Position numbers and translations under genes: made by a program. From contig JBDHJS010000058.1 of NCBI GenBank assembly GCA_039586795.1, positions 1-18,523 of the forward strand: a stretch of DNA of 18,523 nucleotides. The letters are read 5' to 3'. The stretch's first letter is position 1; each line of letters begins with the position of its first letter. Shown here one piece after another: positions 9,701 through 15,980 of this stretch. The notes under the pieces are model-generated. The model was given only the letters and a program-made list of their open reading frames with translations. It had not been told where the DNA came from and made no database searches. This stretch comes from Gemmatimonadota bacterium. Lineage in GTDB: Bacteria > Gemmatimonadota > Gemmatimonadetes > Palauibacterales > KS3-K002.

Positions 9701-9931
9701 AAGCCCGTCTTCAGAACTAACAACCCGAATTCCGGCATCCTCTTGTACCCGGCGGTGTTCGAGAACGCCGTGCTCTACGGGATCGTCTCCGAACTCGGCT
9801 CGCCGTACGAGCTCAGCTTCGCGCATCGGGAGACTGGAACAGATGTGGCGATTGGGCTACCGGCACAACGCGCAGCCTTGACGCTTATCGACCGACGCGG
9901 CGGTCGAGTCCTGGGGAACTACAGACCTTAG
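6767..9931 (+). CDS. Tat-exported multidomain clan GH-A glycoside hydrolase (GH42/GH5-like TIM barrel), specificity unknown
   Basis: AGGAGG RBS overlapping the upstream stop, and DRRSFIG Tat leader. Contains QDFAAMKRAGVNMIRTG, an acid/base-type WDLINEP (NEP at 8357-8365) and a nucleophile-type LISETG (E at 8852-8854). The C-terminal region resembles the GH42 trimerisation domain (AEAGATVLITGP). Confidence 0.75.
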   Translation: MSVVDRRSFIGSLGAAAALGALPQPLAAVFRPRPIQAPRVHRVALLALDDFPTVDAEELDTETLLAALEGLDVTRIDVAGLSRLTPETFDVFLNPYGSAFPKDGWRQIHDFLAAGGSWVNLGGTPFAIPVSRDGLAWRPEIRQTAYHKALGITQSFAVDTDSPERYEANSTVRNLGAELRTETVWELYYRLTREKEYPDEDGSDGPREAVVTPLISAYQGDEHAIAAPVVQVDRLQGPFAGGRWVLANLRGTLPPATIHALVAHAALGAHQLTVAPTYACCHDGETPAVTVTLKTPGSDRDPPVTCHLEAFDSTNQLIATAAIPMQRSGAVATATYDLQTRSGNPLNAGLYRVEVRLESDEPGESGTHATTGFWIHDAALLASGGRFTASRHTLLRDGQPFVVTGTSYMATDVHRRFLLEPNPHVFDQDFAAMKRAGVNMIRTGIWTGWRNYMTPDGTPNEVALRALDAFLLSSRKHDIPVIFTFFAFLPEMWGGENPYLDPHSVEAQKTFLSIIARRYQGMTGVIWDLINEPSFCSPERLWTTRPNYDRYELEAWHDWLRRRFGAEDDEELKSTLAEKWRTLPEDAMSLPRPQEFGDRNIFENLRPLKAMDYRLFANDMFGRWADQMVATLHEAGDPDQLVTVGQDEGGTYERPSPMFHGPSVDFTSNHTWWLNDDLLWDHVVTKTPGRPNLISETGVMFYEAIDGSAWRTEEMARNLLERKLVLATVAGGAGFIEWIWNTNPYMPLDNEAAIGLLRTDGTKKPEFDSLKGLAAFVAEHMHDLGARQVEPALMMIPHSYMFSVRNRATEATQRCVRAMSYDCGIAMNGCSEYALDRLDYLPHLIVAPSPRVLTQVGAGRLFELAEAGATVLITGPIDSDEHWLPSPRMHGFGISVSQRPVSQQEYLDIDGTLFDLSFRGDKLQRVEKAVVAGESTAKVHTIPVGNGSILWSPLPVELAHQVEPTTALYRFALAHAGIKPVFRTNNPNSGILLYPAVFENAVLYGIVSELGSPYELSFAHRETGTDVAIGLPAQRAALTLIDRRGGRVLGNYRP

Positions 9932-10839
9932 GATTCGATGGGATTGAAGAGCTTCTCGGGGTAGTCGCCGGCAGCGACTTGCTCGTTCAGCTTCTTAAGG
10001 ACGTACTCCTTGTCCTCTTGATAGGTCACCCCCAGCCACGGACCGGCAGTCGGTATCACTTTTACCCGCACAGAACCGGACACGATCTGTTCGCTCACCG
10101 CCTCGCTGAGATAGAACTCGGCCTCGCTGTCGTCGCCAGAGTCCTCGAGAAAGCGAGCGAATTGAGCGTTCAGCAGAGGAAAAGCGGAGCGGGTCGCCGC
10201 CCACAAGTTCATCGACACGGTCGAGTCTTCGGGGACCGACACGGTATCGCCGCTCACCGTGAAGCCGGTCAGGCCCGCACCTTCCCGCTGAATACGTTTC
10301 ACCTCCGTGACCGACACCAGGTAACCGTCGTCATCCACCTCGCATATAGCGCGAGAGACCCCGCCGTGGGGTGACAGCGTCTCGTTGACGGTATAACCGA
10401 CGGCGGCGAAGTCGTTGCCGACCGCGCCACGAAGGTGCTCCGCCAGCGCTTGAAACGCCGACGCGCCGTAGAAGTCGTCGGCGTTCATCACGACGAAGGG
10501 TCCATCGACCACCGACTCGGCAGCCAGCACCGCGTGGCCCGTGCCCCAGGGCTTGGTGCGACCGGCGGGCAGTGAGTAGCCGGCGGGCAACTGCGAGAGC
10601 TGTTGGATAGCGATCTCGAGGTCGAGGGACGATCCGAAGATGGACGCGACGTGATCCCGCAGCACAAGCTCCAACTCTCGGCGAGCTACGATTGCGATTC
10701 GGGTGAATCCGGCGCGTAACGCGTCGAAGATCCCGTAGTCGAAGAGCGTCTCGCCGCCTGGGCCGAGGGCTTCCAGTTGCTTGTCGCCGCCGTAGCGCGT
10801 GCCCAAGCCAGCAGCGAGGATGACGAGGGTGAGACTCAT
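9928..10839 (-). CDS. Sugar-phosphate nucleotidyltransferase (NTP_transferase fold)
   Basis: LVILAAGLGTRYGGDKQL nucleotide-binding loop, plus KPWGTGHAVL, NADDFYG, VSMNLW, EFYL and WLGVTY.EDK. The start is placed at ATG 10839 (MSLTLVILAAG) because the ORF-track extension to 10917 is a translation of the adjacent hexamer repeat. Its stop overlaps the convergent stop of the GH-A gene (9928-9931). Confidence 0.88.
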   Translation of the reverse strand: MSLTLVILAAGLGTRYGGDKQLEALGPGGETLFDYGIFDALRAGFTRIAIVARRELELVLRDHVASIFGSSLDLEIAIQQLSQLPAGYSLPAGRTKPWGTGHAVLAAESVVDGPFVVMNADDFYGASAFQALAEHLRGAVGNDFAAVGYTVNETLSPHGGVSRAICEVDDDGYLVSVTEVKRIQREGAGLTGFTVSGDTVSVPEDSTVSMNLWAATRSAFPLLNAQFARFLEDSGDDSEAEFYLSEAVSEQIVSGSVRVKVIPTAGPWLGVTYQEDKEYVLKKLNEQVAAGDYPEKLFNPIES

Positions 10840-10886
10840 GTCTGATAAGTTAGTTGAGCAGTCGCTGTATCGACATGCAGACACGC

Positions 10887-10961
10887 CGAGCACGAGCACG
10901 ATAAAGAGCACGAGCACGAGCAGGACACTCTACCTCCTGCTCGTGCTCGTGCTCGTGCTCG
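10887..10961. repeat. Hexamer (GAGCAC/GTGCTC) inverted repeat forming a perfect 20-bp hairpin
   Basis: GAGCACGAGCACGAGCAGGA (10906-10925), 9-nt loop, TCCTGCTCGTGCTCGTGCTC (10935-10954). Extra units lie at 10887-10901 and 10955-10961. Confidence 0.9.
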
Positions 10962-10966
10962 AAAAA

Positions 10967-13900
10967 CTAACTACCTTCTTTTTCCTCCAGCCACTCCTCG
11001 TGCGTCATCACATGAAGCGGATCCATCTCCGCGTTCGTCAGATCACGTTGCATCCGACTGAGCTTGTCTTCCGAGGTGATCTCCGCGAACTCGGCCTCTG
11101 CCTCCTCCAACTGGGCGCGCAGATTATCCACGCGACTCAACTCGGAAGCCGTCGGCCGACCGGCGTAACCGTTGATGCTCGCGAAGAGGTTGCCGAGATG
11201 CTCGCGTAGCTGAGTCTCTTCGGTCGCGTAGCCGCCTTCCTGGGCGACCAGTTTCGACATCCACTCATCGAGCTCGTCTGCATATTCATTCAGACGATTG
11301 GCGGAGCCACCGCTCATGGAGTCAGCACGTTCGCGGGCCTGTTCTCCGACGTCGATGGCGGCGTCGACGATATAACTCAACCGCTCGAGCATGTCGTAAA
11401 TCTCCAGCGACTTCTCCTGCTGCAGCTGGCGATCCGCCTCGGGGTGAGGATTACGTGGGTCGGCGACCAACGAGATTTGCCCCTCGTACTCGTTCCGACC
11501 CTTGACGATCTTGTACGTGTACGTCCCCTCCGGAACCAGCGGGCCCTGGAAGACAGGGACCAGCGTGGTGGCGGGCGGCATCTTCGGCGGCGGATACCTC
11601 ATCGGCCAGTCGACACGGTTAATACCGCGGACTTTGCCGGCGGGAACCTCCAACATCATCTCGCCGTCGCTGTCGTAGATCTCGACCTTCATGTCGCCGA
11701 AGATGTGGCGTTTCGCCTGGTAGTAGACGATGGCCGCCGCATCGGAAGGGTTCCGCCCGACGAACTCGTCGTTGCCAGGGAACCAAGCGCCCTGGCCGCC
11801 GCCGATCGTCTGCATGTTGGGTCGCGTTGGTAGGATCACCAGCTCGGTCTCCAACATGTCAGTCGTCAGCGACCGCAACGGGGTGATGTCGTCGAGAATC
11901 CAGATCCCGCGGCCGTGAGTGCCGATAACCAGGTCGTGTTCACGAGGATGGATCGTAAGGTCGCGCACGCCGACCTTCGGGAAATCGGTCTCGTAGCGAG
12001 CCCAGGATGCACCGCTATCGATGCTGATCCAGAGACCGAACTCGGTACCAAGGAACAGCAGGTTTCGATTCTCGATGTCCTCCTCGATGACAAGCGCGTA
12101 GCCCTCGAGGTTCTCCGTCACCAACGACTCCCAGCTTTCGCCGAAGTCGCTGGTGCGATACACGTAGGGCGTCATATCGCCGGTCTTGTGACCATCGAAC
12201 GTGACGTACGCCGTACCTTCGTGGTATCGGCTCGCCTCGACGTGGGTCACCCACGTGTTCCTCGGCAGCCCGGGAACATTGCGCGCGACGTTGGTCCAGC
12301 TTCCGCCGTCATCCCGCGTGACCTGTAGATTACCGTCGTCGGTGCCGACCCAAATCACGCTCTGATTCGCCGGCGACTCGCTGATCGTGTAGATCGTCGT
12401 GTGGTTCTCCGCCGTCGAGTTATCGGTCGTCAGACCACCCGACTCTTCTTGCTTCTGTTTGTCCGGGTCGTTCGTCGTCAGGTCCGGTGAGATCTGGTCC
12501 CACGAGTTGCCGCGATCCCGGGTGCGGAACAGATACTGGGCGCCGACATAGAGCGTGCCCGGATTGTTCGGACTGACGTGGATCGGCGTGTTCCAGTTGA
12601 AGCGCAGCTCGTTCTCTTCATCATCCGAGAACGGCTTGATCTGCTTCGATTCGCCCGTCGACTTGGTTATGCGACTCAGGTTGCCGCCCTGGTACTCGAC
12701 ATAGATATAGTCCGGGTCGCTGGGGTCGACGAAGACGTGGAAGCCATCTCCACCGTTCAGCAGGTCCCAGTGCTTCGCCATGACGCCACCGGGAGCGCGG
12801 GACGGGCCCCGCCATGTCCCGTTGTCCTGGAGACCACCGTACACGTTGTACGGCACTTCCATGTCGTAGCTGATCTCGTAGAACTGGGACACGGGGATCG
12901 CCTTTGACAGCCGCCATGTGGTGCCACCGTCGTAGGAGAAATAGACGCCGCCGTCGGTTCCGAGGATGACCTCGTTGGTGCGGTCCGGGTTGATCCACAT
13001 CGCGTGATGATCGCTGTGTGGACCTCCGCCGAAGCCGCTGGAGAACATGTTGGTGAACGACTCTCCGCCATCGGTTGACACAGTCAAGCTCAAGCCGGGC
13101 TTATAGAGCTTCTCCGGGTCCTGAGGGTCGATAACGATATAGGCGAAGTAGAACGGTCGAACCTGGACGTTGAACGAGGTATTGATCTCTTCCCACGTGC
13201 TTCCCATGTCGTTCGACCGATAGAGCCCGGTCTCTTCCGCCTCCACGATCGCGTAGACCAAGTTAGGCTTGGACGGCGCGATCGCCGGGCTTACGCGGCC
13301 CAGCTCACCCTCGGGCAGGCCGTTTCTCAATTCCTGCCACGTGTCGCCACCGTCGATCGACCTATAGAGTCCGCTGCCTGGGCCACCGGAGTTGAAGAAC
13401 CAGGGCCAGCGTCGGAACTCCCACATCCCGGCAAACAGAACGTTGGGAGCGTGGGGATCGATCGTGATATCGGAACAGCCGGTGTTCTCGTCGACGTACA
13501 GCACCTTATCCCACGTTTCGCCACCATCCTTCGTACGGAAGACGCCACGCTCTTCGTTCGAATTCCACAAGTGGCCGGTGGCGCAAACGAAGACGTTGTC
13601 TCCGTCCTGCGGGTTGATGACGATGCGGGCGATGCGCTCGCTGTCCTCGAGTCCCATGTGCTGCCAGGTGGAACCAGCGTCGGTGCTCTTGTACACACCG
13701 TCACCCACCGAGACGCTGTTGCGGACCCAGCTCTCACCGGTTCCGACCCATACGACGTCGGTGTTCGACGGATCGATCTTCACCGCGCCGGTCGCCTGAG
13801 TGTGGTCGTCAAAGATCGGTTCGAACGTGATCCCCCCATCTTTCGATTTCCATACGCCGCCGGTCGCCGTTGCTACATAAACGACGACGGGATTCGATGC

Positions 13901-14077
13901 GACGGCATCCATGCCAGCGATCCGTCCGCTCATCACCGCCGGGCCGATAGGCCGTGCCCGCAACCCCGCGAACGTGGCGGACTCGATCTGAACCTGGGCC
14001 TGGGCGAGAATCGGCAGGCCCGCTACCGCTGCCACCAGCGCAAGGCTACGCCAGAGGTACTTCACGCGGGTACTCAT
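10967..14077 (-). CDS. Secreted Asp-box (BNR) repeat protein, VPS10/sortilin- and GH74-like beta-propellers, with an Ig-like domain and C-terminal helical region
   Basis: Sec signal ending AQA and the N-terminal motif RPIGPAVMSGRI. About 11 Asp-boxes: KSKDGGITF, KSTDAGSTW, RTKDGGETW, RSIDGGDTW, RSNDMGSTW, VSTDGGESF, FSYDGGTTW, RTRDRGNSW, VTRDDGGSW, RTSDFGESW, ISIDSGASW. Also GGLQDNG, RFNWNTP, THGRGIWILDD, an FlgD-like VEIYDSDG..GINRVDW..PEGTY segment and an acidic helical tail. GGAGGGAG RBS. Confidence 0.88.
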   Translation of the reverse strand: MSTRVKYLWRSLALVAAVAGLPILAQAQVQIESATFAGLRARPIGPAVMSGRIAGMDAVASNPVVVYVATATGGVWKSKDGGITFEPIFDDHTQATGAVKIDPSNTDVVWVGTGESWVRNSVSVGDGVYKSTDAGSTWQHMGLEDSERIARIVINPQDGDNVFVCATGHLWNSNEERGVFRTKDGGETWDKVLYVDENTGCSDITIDPHAPNVLFAGMWEFRRWPWFFNSGGPGSGLYRSIDGGDTWQELRNGLPEGELGRVSPAIAPSKPNLVYAIVEAEETGLYRSNDMGSTWEEINTSFNVQVRPFYFAYIVIDPQDPEKLYKPGLSLTVSTDGGESFTNMFSSGFGGGPHSDHHAMWINPDRTNEVILGTDGGVYFSYDGGTTWRLSKAIPVSQFYEISYDMEVPYNVYGGLQDNGTWRGPSRAPGGVMAKHWDLLNGGDGFHVFVDPSDPDYIYVEYQGGNLSRITKSTGESKQIKPFSDDEENELRFNWNTPIHVSPNNPGTLYVGAQYLFRTRDRGNSWDQISPDLTTNDPDKQKQEESGGLTTDNSTAENHTTIYTISESPANQSVIWVGTDDGNLQVTRDDGGSWTNVARNVPGLPRNTWVTHVEASRYHEGTAYVTFDGHKTGDMTPYVYRTSDFGESWESLVTENLEGYALVIEEDIENRNLLFLGTEFGLWISIDSGASWARYETDFPKVGVRDLTIHPREHDLVIGTHGRGIWILDDITPLRSLTTDMLETELVILPTRPNMQTIGGGQGAWFPGNDEFVGRNPSDAAAIVYYQAKRHIFGDMKVEIYDSDGEMMLEVPAGKVRGINRVDWPMRYPPPKMPPATTLVPVFQGPLVPEGTYTYKIVKGRNEYEGQISLVADPRNPHPEADRQLQQEKSLEIYDMLERLSYIVDAAIDVGEQARERADSMSGGSANRLNEYADELDEWMSKLVAQEGGYATEETQLREHLGNLFASINGYAGRPTASELSRVDNLRAQLEEAEAEFAEITSEDKLSRMQRDLTNAEMDPLHVMTHEEWLEEKEGS

Positions 14078-14137
14078 ATACGCACTCCCTCCCGGATATG
14101 ACTGACTTTGGTTGGAGCTCTTTTCCTAGCTGCAACA

Positions 14138-14161
14138 AGGGCCAGCCCTATGGCTGGCCCT
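14138..14161 (-). terminator. 10-bp hairpin with the stop codon of LolA-like gene 1 in its loop; weak U-tract
   Basis: On the minus strand: AGGGCCAGCC-ATAG-GGCTGGCCCT followed by TGTTG. Confidence 0.45.
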
Positions 14162-14894
14162 CTCCCTCTTCTGCCTCCGGCATATCGAATATGGATTCGT
14201 CGACATCGACGTTCAGCTCGATCAACTCGATAGTTATCGTCTGGCCTTGTGGCGAACCCTTCGCCCTCGTTTCCATTGAATGCGGGAACATCAGGCCATT
14301 AACATCTTTGTAGTCACTCAACACCTGCTCGGTCTCAGTGACCACGCCCATCTGCTCGGATGTGCCCGTAACCAAGATGGGGATGTAGTACTCAGCATCG
14401 AGGTAATAGTTGCGTATCTCGCCGTCCTCCTTGGTGAGCTTAATGTGGTGCACTTCGGTCCCCTCGATTGTATCGAGGCCGACGTACTCCACCTGGTGCC
14501 CCTTCTCCTCGTAGTTGATAAGCTCGCCCTCGATCTCGGCCATCTCCTTGATGTCCTCAACATTCTCCTCGGGGACGGGCTCGGGCTCCGTCTTGCCCAT
14601 GAACGGCATGAGCATCCACGCCGTCTCGCCATCATAGGCCTGAATGCCCGTCATGCCCTGGAACGTGAATTCCATTCGCGCCTTGGGCTTCTTGACCGTC
14701 AGAACGAAGGGAGCCTCGACGCCCGGTCCGATCATCAGGCTGCCAGTAGCCCGCATCGAATTGACGGCCAGCCAGGCATCGACACCGCCGATGGCCTCGT
14801 AGTAGTTCTCCAGCACGTCGTCGAGCGACTGAGCCTGGGCCGGTACGGCCAGCAGCGCGCTCGCTAGAGCCAGTAATAGAGTCTTTCGAATCAC
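14148..14894 (-). CDS. LolA-like 'outer membrane lipoprotein-sorting' family periplasmic protein (paralogue 1)
   Basis: GTG start with GGAGGAGGAG RBS and a Sec/SPI signal (AQA-Q). Motifs YYEAIGG..AW..V.S, AYDGETAW, YYLDAEYY.P and SDYKDVNGLMFPH are typical of LolA/LppX-fold proteins. Confidence 0.75.
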   Translation of the reverse strand: MIRKTLLLALASALLAVPAQAQSLDDVLENYYEAIGGVDAWLAVNSMRATGSLMIGPGVEAPFVLTVKKPKARMEFTFQGMTGIQAYDGETAWMLMPFMGKTEPEPVPEENVEDIKEMAEIEGELINYEEKGHQVEYVGLDTIEGTEVHHIKLTKEDGEIRNYYLDAEYYIPILVTGTSEQMGVVTETEQVLSDYKDVNGLMFPHSMETRAKGSPQGQTITIELIELNVDVDESIFDMPEAEEGEGQP

Positions 14895-14930
14895 GGATCT
14901 CCTCCTCCGTTAAGTAGGGCTCACCAACAC

Positions 14931-14958
14931 AAAAACGGGCCAACCCTAAGGCTGACCC
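14931..14958 (-). terminator. Intrinsic-terminator-like hairpin with the stop codon of LolA-like gene 2 in its loop
   Basis: On the minus strand: GGGTCAGCC-TTAG-GGTTGGCCC (9 bp including 2 G.U pairs) followed by GTTTTTGTGTT. Confidence 0.6.
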
Positions 14959-15695
14959 TCGCCTTCCTCTTTCTCGGGCATCACGAACTGCTCATCATCG
15001 AGCTCGATGCCGATTTCAACGGTCTGGATCGTGACCACCTCAGCGACCGGCTGCCCCGTCGTCGAAGTCTCGATCGCGTGAGCCATGATCAATCCACCGA
15101 CTTCTTTGTAATCGCTCAGGGTGGTCGCGTAGTCGACCATCTGACCCTGGACTTCGCGCGTCCCTTCGACCTTTATCGGGATGTAGTACTCAGAGTCGAG
15201 GTACCAAAATTCTACGTTTCCATTATTGCGGGTGATCTTCAGCTTGTGCGTCGCTGTTCCTTCCATGTCCTCCTGGCCGATCAGCTCGACCGCGTGGCCG
15301 TCTTCCTCCCAGTTGATCAGTGCGCCGTCGATATCGGCCTGCTCCTTGAACGTCTCGGCGATGAAGTCCGGCATCTCCTCCGGATCGGTGCTGCCCATGA
15401 ACGGCATGATCATCCACGCCGTCTCACCATCGAAGGCCATGACGGCCGTCATTCCCTGAAAGGTGAACTCGACCCGAAACATGTCGGGGCGCTTGGCGGT
15501 CATCGTGAACGGCGCCTCAACGCCGGGACCCAAGATCCGCGTCCCTGTCATCTTGACCGACTGGACGGCCTTCCAAGCGTCCTCGCCACCAATCGCCTCG
15601 TAGTAGTTTTCCAGTACCTCGTCCAGCGACTGGGCATGGGCTGGAACGGCCAGGGCCGCGCACGCGAGCGTTAATAGCAACGCCTTGCGAATCAT
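14946..15695 (-). CDS. LolA-like periplasmic protein (paralogue 2)
   Basis: The start is placed at ATG 15695 (MIRKALLLTLACAALAVPAHA-Q) with a GAGGAGGAG RBS, matching the start of paralogue 1 (MIRKTLLL). It has the same motif set and the same EEGEGQP C-terminus. Confidence 0.78.
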   Translation of the reverse strand: MIRKALLLTLACAALAVPAHAQSLDEVLENYYEAIGGEDAWKAVQSVKMTGTRILGPGVEAPFTMTAKRPDMFRVEFTFQGMTAVMAFDGETAWMIMPFMGSTDPEEMPDFIAETFKEQADIDGALINWEEDGHAVELIGQEDMEGTATHKLKITRNNGNVEFWYLDSEYYIPIKVEGTREVQGQMVDYATTLSDYKEVGGLIMAHAIETSTTGQPVAEVVTIQTVEIGIELDDEQFVMPEKEEGEGQP

Positions 15696-15799
15696 CGAAC
15701 TCCTCCTCAGGTGAGAATCGGGCACATAGACACACGGCCGGACCGCCCCGGGGAAGGGTGACATCCAGCTCCGCACAACAGTTGGGCCATGCTACACAC

Positions 15800-15824
15800 T
15801 ACGAGCGGGGCGGCCGAAAGTTCC
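15800..15824 (-). promoter_or_regulatory. Candidate ECF sigma-factor promoter for LolA-like gene 2 and downstream genes
   Basis: On the minus strand: GGAAC-N16-CGTA (GGAAC tttcggccgccccgct CGTA), ~105 nt upstream of the ATG. This fits the AAC / CGT architecture of ECF promoters. Confidence 0.5.
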
Positions 15825-15980
15825 GGCGGTTCCCCGACTCGCCGGATCCCCCCGCAACAGGCCGCGGTTTGGCTAGTCCGCTGCACGACCGCCGATCAGG
15901 CGGCCGGGAGCTTCTGGGTTGGAGCAATCAACGGGAATGATGACCGGCCGAGCCCGGTCGGGCAAGACACATCGCGGAGC

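Noticed and set aside
10840..10917. Apparent signal peptide/lipobox (MLVLFIVLVLGVSAC) on the nucleotidyltransferase
   Set aside because: The LVLV sequence is the GTGCTC hexamer repeat read in frame. The family begins right at the LVILAAG motif, so ATG 10839 is preferred.
10887..10961. CRISPR array (also considered for 2001-2126)
   Set aside because: Units are 6-7 nt and contiguous with no unique spacers, and there are no cas genes.
14592..15431. ~40-nt near-identical stretch between paralogues 1 and 2 as gene conversion or a DGR template/variable repeat pair
   Set aside because: It is explained by the conserved DGETAWMxMPFMG peptide rich in single-codon residues. There is no reverse transcriptase and no adenine-specific variation pattern.
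15696..15776. N-terminal extension of LolA-like paralogue 2 in the ORF track
   Set aside because: A strong RBS directly precedes ATG 15695, and that start aligns with paralogue 1.
15942..15959. GACCGG-N6-CCGGTC hairpin after paralogue 3 as a terminator
   Set aside because: Short stem with no U-tract, which is expected by chance in GC-rich DNA.
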